A DNA stretch of 13,437 bases from positions 1 through 13,437 of the forward strand of contig PWMT01000041.1 of NCBI GenBank assembly GCA_003558085.1. The letters are read 5' to 3'. Position numbers and translations under genes: made by a program. The DNA is from Methanobacteriaceae archaeon (GTDB lineage Archaea; Methanobacteriota; Methanobacteria; Methanobacteriales; Methanobacteriaceae). Each line of letters begins with the position of its first letter. Position 1 is the first letter of the stretch. Positions 1-8,350 of this stretch are shown piece after piece. The notes under the pieces were generated by a model. It worked only from the letters and a program-made list of their open reading frames with translations. It made no database searches and was not told the DNA's origin.

Positions 1-933
1 AACCATCTGTTAAATCAAAAAATAGTGAAAATATATAATAAATGGACTGGTGAAGGAGCACTTTTTAATCATCTAAGATCATTTAGACCAGGAATGAAGA
101 AAAATGATGTGGAGGCAATTCAAAGTGAAATAAAAAAAGTGATTAAAGATTCCCAAAAAAATTGTGATTTTTGTAAACCCTTAACTTCAACTCCTGCCGA
201 TATCTTTGGAAGAGTGAGGGGTATACATTCTGTAACTGCCTCTAATATTGCTAAATATGATGCATGGAGTAGTTTAGTGATATTTAAAAACCATGACCCC
301 CTTAAATTTAATTTAGGGGAATTTTCAGATTACTTAAGAACAGCTTTCACTTGGTTTGAGAGGGTACACCAGGAGGATGAAAGTTATAATATTCCCTTTC
401 TAATTTGGAACTGTTTATATAAAGCAGGTGCTTCTTTAGTTCATGGTCACGCCCAGATTTTAATGACTAAAGGTTATTCTTACGCTAAAGTTCAAAAATT
501 AAAAGATGCTAGTTTAAACTATCAAAAAAGCACTCAAAGAGACTATTTTCAGGATTGGTACCGGATCCATGATCAGTTGGGTTTAGCCTGGACTGCTGGT
601 GAGGTGCAATTAGTAGCCAATTTAACCCCTACTAAAGAAAAAGAAATTAGCATCATCTCCCAGGAAAGTCCAGTGAAAAATCCATTGCTATTGCAGACCA
701 TATATAAAACTTTAAGATGCTGGATAGATGTTTTAGGAGTACATAGCTTTAACCTCTCCCTTTCTTGCCCGCCCCTGGACGGGAATGAGGAGATGCCCTA
801 CTTAATTAATATAGTGGATCGGGGTAGTATTTTAAAACCAACTGCAGATATGGGTGGGATGGAGCTTTATGGGAGTACAGTAGTAGCTGATGATCCCTAT
901 AATTTAATGCAGACCTTAAAAAATTATTGGTAA
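1..933 (+). CDS. GalT/HIT-superfamily nucleotidyltransferase-like protein, 5' end probably outside window
   Basis: Frame is open from base 1 (AAC CAT CTG TTA AAT CAA AAA ATA GTG), so the GTG at 25 is probably not the true start. Contains CxxC (CDFC) and GASLVHGHAQ, matching the GalT 'GAS..HxHxQ' catalytic motif. Confidence 0.75.
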   Translation, partial: NHLLNQKIVKIYNKWTGEGALFNHLRSFRPGMKKNDVEAIQSEIKKVIKDSQKNCDFCKPLTSTPADIFGRVRGIHSVTASNIAKYDAWSSLVIFKNHDPLKFNLGEFSDYLRTAFTWFERVHQEDESYNIPFLIWNCLYKAGASLVHGHAQILMTKGYSYAKVQKLKDASLNYQKSTQRDYFQDWYRIHDQLGLAWTAGEVQLVANLTPTKEKEISIISQESPVKNPLLLQTIYKTLRCWIDVLGVHSFNLSLSCPPLDGNEEMPYLINIVDRGSILKPTADMGGMELYGSTVVADDPYNLMQTLKNYW

Positions 934-1057
934 ATTTAAATCTAGTGCAACTAAATTTAGATAATTATAATAACTGTTTTATCCCCTAAAAATATGATTT
1001 TGCTTAAAAAATTTAATTTCAATTGGTAATAATCAAATAAAATGTTAAGGAGGATGT

Positions 1058-1861
1058 ATGCCTTACTATCTTTTCAATCATTTAACTGCTTTAAGCAAGT
1101 TTAGAACTAGTGAAGAACTGGCCATTATAACTGATGTAGACGGTACTATAAGTGAAATCGCCCCTACTCCGGGAGAAGCTGAAGTATCTGATTCCATGAG
1201 TAATCTATTAATTGCTTTAAATAAAAAATTTAAGCTGGTGGGAGTTATAAGTGGTAGATCACTCTCTAATGTTAGAGATATGGTAGGCGTAGACGGCATC
1301 CTTTATGTGGGAAATCATGGCTTAGAATATCTGAAAAATGGTGAAAAATTCATTGAACCAGAAGCAGAAAAATATTGCCTGAAAATGGAAGAATTATACA
1401 AAGAACTTGAAAACCACCATATATCTAAATTGGAAGGTTTGAAATTGGAGGATAAAAAAATCGGCTTGTGCATACATTATCGTCAATGCCCCTCCGGGGA
1501 GGAAGCTAGGGAAAAAATAAGATTAGCCTTAAAGCAGCTATTAAATTCAGATGAACTTAAAATTAGTTCTGGAAGGAAAATAATAGAAATCAAACCACCT
1601 CTAATTCAAGATAAAGGAACTATACTGGAAAAGATAGTGGAAGAATATAATTTAAAACAGTTAATCTATTTAGGCGATGATGTAACTGATTATGATGCCT
1701 TCACCAAATTAGAAGAACTGGAAAAGAAAAAAAATATGGAGACTGCAAGCATCTTGGTATTATCTAAGGAGATACCAATTTATGTGAAAAATAGTGCGAA
1801 ATATTACCTTAACAGTGTGCTAGAAGTTCAAAGATTTTTTGAATGGTTATTGTATAAATAA
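1058..1861 (+). CDS. otsB: Trehalose-6-phosphate phosphatase (HAD family IIB)
   Basis: HAD motif I DVDGTI, ISGR, GNHG, HYR, DKG and GDDVTD motifs; RBS AAGGAGG at 1047-1053; clustered with otsA. Confidence 0.93.
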   Translation: MPYYLFNHLTALSKFRTSEELAIITDVDGTISEIAPTPGEAEVSDSMSNLLIALNKKFKLVGVISGRSLSNVRDMVGVDGILYVGNHGLEYLKNGEKFIEPEAEKYCLKMEELYKELENHHISKLEGLKLEDKKIGLCIHYRQCPSGEEAREKIRLALKQLLNSDELKISSGRKIIEIKPPLIQDKGTILEKIVEEYNLKQLIYLGDDVTDYDAFTKLEELEKKKNMETASILVLSKEIPIYVKNSAKYYLNSVLEVQRFFEWLLYK

Positions 1862-1940
1862 AGCAGTAATACTTAATATAATAAGCCAATAAGCCTTAAA
1901 TTTCTTTATATCATATAATTTATATGTTTCAAAATCAATA

Positions 1941-3110
1941 ATGTATACTATGATTAAAACCATAATCATGGCTGGGGGTAAGGGTACCCGAATCAGACCT
2001 CTTACCCATATCCGTCCTAAACCCATGATTCCCATAGCAAATCGCCCCTTACTCCACTATATTATTGAAAAATTAAGAGAACATGGATTTAAAGACTTAG
2101 TTATTACCTTAAATTATTTATCCCAGCAAGTTAAGGAAGGGTTATTAAAGGATTATCCAGACCTCCAACTATCTTTTTCCCAGGAAGATGAACCCTTAGG
2201 TACTGCTGGCGGAGTAAGAAAATGTAGAGACCTGGTGGAAGACACTTTCATGGTCTTAAGTGGTGATGTTCTGGTGGATATGGATTGGAATAAATTATTG
2301 AAATTTCATCGAGATAAGAAAGCACTGGCCACCATACTCTTGACTCCAGTGGAAGATCCCACTCACTTCGGTATTGCAGTTTTAGATGAAAATGAGAAAA
2401 TAGTAAAATTTTTAGAAAAACCTTCACCTCAGGAGGTTTTCAGTAATATAGCTAATGCTGGTGCCTACATCTTCGAAGAGGAAATTTTTGACTATATAGG
2501 GGAGGCACATAAAAAAGTTGATTTTTCCCATGAGGTATTTCCTCACTTGCTCCAAGACGAAGCAGAAATATATGGGTATACTTATCATGGGTATTGGAAT
2601 GATGTAGGAAGACCTAAAAACTACTTAAATGCAAACTATGATGTCCTGAATGGAAAAATTGGACCATCACCTCCTGGTGAAAAATTAGAGGAAAGATTAG
2701 GAATTTTTGGCGACATTTGGTGTGGAGAAAACGTTATTATGGAAGATAGGAACCGCGTACGCATAAATGGTCCTGTGGTTATTGGAGATAACTGTATAAT
2801 TGAGGAAGGTTGTAAGTTAGGTAAAAATACGGTAATAGGAGATAACGTCTTTATTGGTCGTTACACTAATATTTCTGGGTCGGTGGTTCTAAAAAACACA
2901 GTTATTAATCCTCAATCTTACCTTAAAGACTGCATCATTGATTCTCACTGCACACTAGATAAAGGTAGTATTATTGAAAGCGGAGCAATATTAGGTAGTT
3001 TTGTTGAAAGCGGGCCTTCATGCTGGGTTAAATCAAACAGTACGATTACCAGTAAAATGAGAATTCTGCCGGATTCAGTCATCGATGGTGACTATCTAAT
3101 ACCGATCTGA
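1941..3110 (+). CDS. NDP-sugar pyrophosphorylase (mannose-1-phosphate guanylyltransferase-like) with C-terminal left-handed beta-helix; start may be ATG 1950
   Basis: MAGGKGTRIRPLT..PKPM, PLGTAGG, LSGD, FLEKP, ANAGAY and YWNDVG motifs; hexapeptide repeats (VVIGDN, TVIGDN). Confidence 0.88.
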   Translation: MYTMIKTIIMAGGKGTRIRPLTHIRPKPMIPIANRPLLHYIIEKLREHGFKDLVITLNYLSQQVKEGLLKDYPDLQLSFSQEDEPLGTAGGVRKCRDLVEDTFMVLSGDVLVDMDWNKLLKFHRDKKALATILLTPVEDPTHFGIAVLDENEKIVKFLEKPSPQEVFSNIANAGAYIFEEEIFDYIGEAHKKVDFSHEVFPHLLQDEAEIYGYTYHGYWNDVGRPKNYLNANYDVLNGKIGPSPPGEKLEERLGIFGDIWCGENVIMEDRNRVRINGPVVIGDNCIIEEGCKLGKNTVIGDNVFIGRYTNISGSVVLKNTVINPQSYLKDCIIDSHCTLDKGSIIESGAILGSFVESGPSCWVKSNSTITSKMRILPDSVIDGDYLIPI

Positions 3111-3133
3111 TAAATTTTTTTTAGAGGATTATT

Positions 3134-4444
3134 ATGTCTCTATACATCCAAGATATTCGAGGTAAAGTTAATAGCGAAATTTCCAATAATTTTTCGTCCC
3201 AATTAGGTACAATTATTGGAAATTATGTAGGTAAAGGAAAGTATGTTTTAATTGGACGTGACTCTAGAATTGCTTCACAAATGATTAAAAGATCGATTAC
3301 CAGTGGTTTGATGTCTGCAGGTATAAATGTTGTGGATTTCGGTGTTGCGCCCCTTCCCAGTATACATTTTTCTAAAAGATATTTTGATGCCAACGTAATT
3401 ATCACCGTCAGTGAGTCACATCTGCGTGGTGAAGACGTTAACATAAAAATAATCAGCTCTACTAAAATCCCTTTAGATCAAAGACATGCAAGTAAGGTAC
3501 CTTGGAATGAAATAGGGGAGTTAATTTATGTGAGTGAAACAGAAAGTGCTTATAGGGAATCTTTAATTAATAGTGCTGCACCGGAAATAAAAAATAAAAA
3601 TTTCCTCATCGTAATGGACTGCGCTCATGAAGAAGCTATTTCTTTTCTTTCAAAAGTTATGGATAGATTAGGATGTGAAACCATATATATTGGCTGCTCT
3701 GAAACTATTTTAAACAGAAATTTTCCTGAACCGAGTCTTCCAAGATTATCTTTGATTTCTGAATTAGTTACTGCCGCAGGAGCCGATATGGGTGTTTATT
3801 TAGATAATGATCAAGATAGAATCATATTCATTAGTGAAAAAGGAGAGATCATCCGTGATCAGGAAGCTATAGGAATATTTGCCTCTTCCATTTTAGAAGA
3901 TAATCCTGGAGGAACTGTTGTATCTTCCGTGGTAGCATCAACTGCTTTAGATGAAATAGTAACTAAATATGAAGGTAAGCTTATTAAAACTTCACTAGAT
4001 CATGTTTTAAAAGAAATTATTGAAAATAAAGCTGTTTTTGGAGCTGATGAACCTGGAATGTATGTTTTCCCTCACTTCCAGTGCTGTTTTGATGGTATTT
4101 ACGGACTAGTTATGATGTTAGGTATTCTAGCCAAAAAAGACTTACCCATCTCCAAATTAGTGGAACAAGTCCCGAAATATTTTAGAACCTCATTTACTGT
4201 TGAATGCGAACATGAAAAAAAAATCGAGGTTATAGAGCAATTAGAAAGCAATTATAGAGATAAATATGATATTGAAACCGTAGATGGCTTGCGAATTGAT
4301 TTTGATGATTCCTTCTTCCTAATCCGACCTTCACGGTTTGAGCCAATAATCAGAGTTTATATGGAGTCTAAATCTCCAGATAAACTCCAAATGATGGTTA
4401 AATCTTTAAAAGTCAGAATTGATGAGATTATTGCCCAGAATTGA
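3134..4444 (+). CDS. Phosphomannomutase/phosphoglucomutase-family protein with divergent motifs
   Basis: DIRG, IGRDSR, SESH (phospho-Ser loop), FPEP, DNDQDR (metal loop), DGLRI and RPSRFEP; RBS GAGGA at 3124-3128. Confidence 0.85.
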   Translation: MSLYIQDIRGKVNSEISNNFSSQLGTIIGNYVGKGKYVLIGRDSRIASQMIKRSITSGLMSAGINVVDFGVAPLPSIHFSKRYFDANVIITVSESHLRGEDVNIKIISSTKIPLDQRHASKVPWNEIGELIYVSETESAYRESLINSAAPEIKNKNFLIVMDCAHEEAISFLSKVMDRLGCETIYIGCSETILNRNFPEPSLPRLSLISELVTAAGADMGVYLDNDQDRIIFISEKGEIIRDQEAIGIFASSILEDNPGGTVVSSVVASTALDEIVTKYEGKLIKTSLDHVLKEIIENKAVFGADEPGMYVFPHFQCCFDGIYGLVMMLGILAKKDLPISKLVEQVPKYFRTSFTVECEHEKKIEVIEQLESNYRDKYDIETVDGLRIDFDDSFFLIRPSRFEPIIRVYMESKSPDKLQMMVKSLKVRIDEIIAQN

Positions 4445-4466
4445 TATCTGGATTGATTAAAAAAAA

Positions 4467-4480
4467 TTTATCTGGATAAA
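4467..4480. promoter_or_regulatory. Palindromic candidate operator upstream of otsA
   Basis: TTTATC-TG-GATAAA perfect 6-2-6 inverted repeat; its core TATCTGGAT also occurs at 4445-4453. Confidence 0.3.
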
Positions 4481-4538
4481 ATAGGAAATAATGATATAAT
4501 AAAGAAAAAATATTATTAAAGTTACAAGGTGTGTGTTT

Positions 4539-6044
4539 ATGAGCTATCCCCAACAAGAAAAGATTATAGATTTTCTACAGGATAAGAACTTAATTGTAGT
4601 TTCAAACCGAGGTCCGGCTGAGTTTAAAAAAGAAAATGATGAAATAGTAATGAAAAGAGGTGCTGGTGGTCTGGTTTCAACATTGATGCCTCTTTTAGAA
4701 TCCTTACAAGGAGTGTGGATAGCCAGTGCCATGACTCTGGAAGATGCCGAGGTAGCCCGCCAATACCCCCATCATAGAGTACCTATTCCACAAGAAGATC
4801 CTGATTTCTGGATATCCTTTGTCTTAGCTGATAAAGAAGAATATAAGGATTATTATAGTGTCATAAGCAATCCCCTTTTATGGTTTATACAACATTATAT
4901 GTGGAACACCCCTTACACCCCAGATATAGACGACAAAACACATCAGGCCTGGGAAAAGGGTTATGTTTACCTTAATCAGAAATTTGCAGATAAGGTATTA
5001 GAGGAAGCTAAAAGAAACAAAAATGAGCCACTGATTATGTTGCAGGATTATCATCTCTATACCTGCCCCTCCTATATTCGGGAAAAACAAAAAGATCTAT
5101 TTTTAAGTCAATTTATTCATATACCCTGGCCTCAGCCAGAATACTTTAATATATTGCCAGATTATATGAAAAAAGCCATATTAGATGGACTCCTATCTAA
5201 TAATATCCTGGGATTCCATATAAAACGTTACGCTGACAATTTTCTCCTAACCTGTAATGATTGTTCCTTTGAAGTAGATTTTAAAGAAAGTATAGTATAT
5301 CATAAAGAACACCCCACCTATGTAAGAAACTATCCTATTTCTGTAGATTATGAGGGTATAAAAAATTTAGCTGATTCTGCTGATGTAAAAGAGAAAGAAG
5401 AACTAATTAAAAAAATTAAAGGAGATAAATATTTATTTTATCGTACTGATCGAACTGATTTAAGTAAAAACATAATCAGGGGTTTTAAAGCCTATGATCT
5501 ATTTTTAGAGAAACATCCGGAATTAAAGGGTGAAGTGCAATTTTTAGTCACTGGCAAACCATCCCGACAACAAATAAAAAATTATACCGATTATTTCGAT
5601 TCAATTAAGGAGATTATAGACCATATAAACTCTAAACATGGCGATGATGATTGGAAGCCAATTGAATCCATTTTTAAAGCAGATTATCCCTTGGTAGTTG
5701 CGGCCTTTAAAAATTATGACTGTATGATCGTGAATCCCATTGCTGATGGAATGAACATCGTGCCTAAAGAGGCTTCAGTAGTAAATCAAAATCAAGGCAC
5801 CGTAATTTTATCTAAAACAGCAGGTTCCTATGAAGAATTAAAAGACCATGTAATGGCTATAAATCCCTTCGATATAAGTCAAACTGCTGATGCTTATTAT
5901 GCTGCTTTAAATCAAGACCCTCAGAGAAAAATAAATCAATGGAAAGCATTACAAGAGATTGCTGCGAAAAGATCTATTTATGACTGGATCAGTGAACAAT
6001 TTGAGGATATTAAAGAATTAAAAAAAGAATTTGATTCTCAATAA
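4539..6044 (+). CDS. otsA: Trehalose-6-phosphate synthase (GT20)
   Basis: VVSNRGP, GAGGLV, WIAS, LQDYHL, FIHIPWP, LGFH, DRTDLSKNIIRG, DGMNIVPKE and INPFD motifs. ATG 4539 is preferred over GTG 4533 because AAGGTG lies upstream. Confidence 0.93.
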   Translation: MSYPQQEKIIDFLQDKNLIVVSNRGPAEFKKENDEIVMKRGAGGLVSTLMPLLESLQGVWIASAMTLEDAEVARQYPHHRVPIPQEDPDFWISFVLADKEEYKDYYSVISNPLLWFIQHYMWNTPYTPDIDDKTHQAWEKGYVYLNQKFADKVLEEAKRNKNEPLIMLQDYHLYTCPSYIREKQKDLFLSQFIHIPWPQPEYFNILPDYMKKAILDGLLSNNILGFHIKRYADNFLLTCNDCSFEVDFKESIVYHKEHPTYVRNYPISVDYEGIKNLADSADVKEKEELIKKIKGDKYLFYRTDRTDLSKNIIRGFKAYDLFLEKHPELKGEVQFLVTGKPSRQQIKNYTDYFDSIKEIIDHINSKHGDDDWKPIESIFKADYPLVVAAFKNYDCMIVNPIADGMNIVPKEASVVNQNQGTVILSKTAGSYEELKDHVMAINPFDISQTADAYYAALNQDPQRKINQWKALQEIAAKRSIYDWISEQFEDIKELKKEFDSQ

Positions 6045-6182
6045 AATGAATAATAATTAAAAAATCTATAATACATTTAAAAAAAAATATTAAGGGTTAG
6101 GGGGACAAGTACTAAGCTAAAGATTTTAAATGAGCTAAGAGAAGAAACTGTTTAAATTTCCTAAAAATTGAAGCATATGATC

Positions 6183-6201
6183 ATTTTTTTTTAAAAAAAA
6201 T
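6183..6201. terminator. T9-A8 tract, possible bidirectional oligo-T terminator
   Basis: ATTTTTTTTTAAAAAAAAT lies downstream of otsA; archaeal termination occurs at oligo-T tracts. Confidence 0.35.
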
Positions 6202-6264
6202 AGTCCCTACAAATTCTCAAATTGTTTTAGAACATGATATTCTGCTAAAATAATAGGTAGTTAC

Positions 6265-7235
6265 ATGAAATCATGGCAAGCTATATTAAAAGTAGACCCC
6301 ATCCCTAAGCTACTTTGCATTAAAAATGAAGCCATAAACTATTTTACCATAAGAGATCTTCTAGATAGAAAAGTAGGATCAATTAAAATCTTATGGGAGT
6401 TACCTACCGTAAAAAAATTACTCAAAAATCAAAAAGAAAATGGGTCCTGGAATTATCCCACAGCGGGAAGCATACCCCAGATAGATTACACCCAATATCA
6501 GACTTATCTTATTTTAAGTGAATTGGTTGAAAAATATGGATTAAACTATGAGCATGAATCAATAAAAAATGCTGCAGAATTTCTTTTCCAGTTTCAGAGT
6601 GAAGAAGGTGATTTTCGCGGAATCTATGCTAATCAATATTCCACCACCTATTCACCAGCCATTATGGAAGTTTTAATTAAGGCCGGGTACGCTTATGACC
6701 CCCTGCATATTGAAGGGATTTAACTGGTTATTATCTATTCGACAGAACGATGGAGGCTGGGCCTTGCCCTTTAGAACCATGGGCATGACCTTAGCAGATG
6801 CTTATCAGAACTGCGAAGTTATTCAACCAGATAGATCAAAGCCCTTTTCCCATTTAGTCACCGGAATGGTACTTCGAGCCTTTGCAGCCCATCCCCAATA
6901 TCAAAAATCTGCTGAAGCCAAAAAGGCAGGTGCATTGTTAAACTCACATTTTTTTTATGCATGATAAATATACTGATCGAAAAAGTAAGGAATTCTGGGA
7001 AAGGGTGAGTTTCCCATTTTTATATACCAGCATCATATCTGCACTAGATTCCGTGTATTTTTTAGGTTTTAAAAGGGATAATCCCCAAATTGAAAAGGCT
7101 CTGGAATTATTAAGAGAAAAGCAAAATGAATCTGGCGATTTTGATTTGAAGATTACCCGGGGTAGTGATAAAGATTTGAATTATTGGATTTGTCTAGCTG
7201 TTTGCCGGTTATTTAAGCGATATTGCACAAAATAG
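6265..7235 (+). pseudogene. Prenyltransferase/squalene-cyclase (QW-repeat, alpha-alpha barrel) family gene split into three ORFs by two +1 frameshifts
   Basis: QW-like repeats QKENGSW, QSEEGDF, RQNDGGW and KQNESGDF are spread across ORFs 6265-6723, 6695-6964 and 6957-7235. Removing one C from C5 (6699-6703) and one T from T8 (6949-6956) gives a single 322-aa frame. Confidence 0.8.
6524..6669 (+). repeat. Direct repeat copy 1 (near-identical core shared with 12907-13051)
   Basis: Manual alignment: 146 bp vs 145 bp, one substitution and one 1-bp deletion. Confidence 0.95.
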
Positions 7236-7508
7236 AAGAAACGTTTAAAATGACCGTAAACATTGCTAAAAATATGAGTATAGTTCAATTGCAAATATTC
7301 ACTATAGATCATAGCAAAATCAAATATATGATACTAAAAATGAGAATAAACTTTGCCGATCGTCATTTAAATCTTGGAACAAGGCCTTGCTAGTTCAAAG
7401 CCTAGCGAAAGGGTTTTAAAAAAATTAGATAAGGCTGAAGAGGAGTTAAAAAAGATAGCGCAAAAAACTATTTAAAGAGCCTGAATCTCTGTGCATGAAA
7501 ATTGTAAA

Positions 7509-7547
7509 TTATAATATTCCCCAATAATAAAATAATATAAGGGGGTG
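7509..7547 (+). promoter_or_regulatory. TATA-like box and RBS for the ku-ligase operon
   Basis: TTATAATA at 7509-7516; GGGGGTG at 7541-7547 before ATG 7554. Confidence 0.5.
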
Positions 7548-7553
7548 TATTTT

Positions 7554-8324
7554 ATGAGATCTATTTGGTCCGGATATTTAACCTTTGGAACTATTTTAAT
7601 ACCCATACGGACTTATTCTGCCAGCAAACCATTACATATTAGTTTTCATCAAGTTCATAAGGAAGACTGTGGTCGGGTTCGTTATAAAAAGGTATGTGAG
7701 AAGGATGGGAAAGAATTAAAACCTGATGAAATAGCTAAAGCTTATTTTATTGGCGATGAATGTATCCAGTTTTCTGATGAGGAAATCGAATCCCTTAAAC
7801 CTTTTGCCAATAAAATAATGGAAATCCAAGGATTCTGCAAACAGGAAGAAATACCCCTTTTGGCCCTGGGAAAACCCTATTATATTGGTACCGAATCCCC
7901 TAAAAAAAGTGGAGTAGGGGAAAGTTTTCTTCTATTAAAAAAAGCTCTAGAAAAAAGCAATAAAGTAGCAGTGGTTCGATGGGTAGCCCATAGCAACGAA
8001 TACATTGGAATGCTGAAATCACAAGAAAAGGGTTTTCTACTAAAACAACTTCTCTATAAAGAACAAACACGATCTGCTGAGGAAATAGAAATCATTGAAG
8101 CCGAAGTTGATGATGATTTGCTGGAAAAAGGAGTTAGAGTTGTGGAGAAAATGAGTTTTGATTTTGATTGGGGCAATTATCAGGAGGAGTATACCGCCCA
8201 GGTAAAAGAACTCATAAAGAAAAAAGCCCTGGGTGAGGAAATTGAAGTAGAAAAAATTAAATTACCCGTCACTCGCGCCATAGAAGCTGAACTAGAAAAA
8301 ATGCTGGCCTCAGAGGTTGAATAA
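7554..8324 (+). CDS. ku: Prokaryotic Ku (NHEJ DNA end-binding protein), short form lacking the basic C-terminal tail
   Basis: Typical N-terminus MRSIWSGYLTFG..IPI, then FHQVH...RVRYKKVC, PYY and Y.EEY motifs. ATG 7554 follows the RBS, so GTG 7545 is part of the RBS. Confidence 0.93.
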   Translation: MRSIWSGYLTFGTILIPIRTYSASKPLHISFHQVHKEDCGRVRYKKVCEKDGKELKPDEIAKAYFIGDECIQFSDEEIESLKPFANKIMEIQGFCKQEEIPLLALGKPYYIGTESPKKSGVGESFLLLKKALEKSNKVAVVRWVAHSNEYIGMLKSQEKGFLLKQLLYKEQTRSAEEIEIIEAEVDDDLLEKGVRVVEKMSFDFDWGNYQEEYTAQVKELIKKKALGEEIEVEKIKLPVTRAIEAELEKMLASEVE

Positions 8325-8350
8325 CTAATACTGTAGGAGAATTATTCAAT

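Noticed and set aside
1078-4732. Short minus-strand ORFs (1078-1299, 1847-2035, 3223-3444, 4544-4732)
   Set aside because: Antisense shadows of well-supported genes with no motifs.
6265-7235. Three separate small genes, or a true squalene-hopene cyclase
   Set aside because: The ORFs join into one frame with two single-base corrections. The product is about half the length of SHC and lacks a DxDD motif.
7250-7393. 47-aa ORF MTVNIAKNMS...
   Set aside because: No RBS and no recognisable motif; expected by chance.
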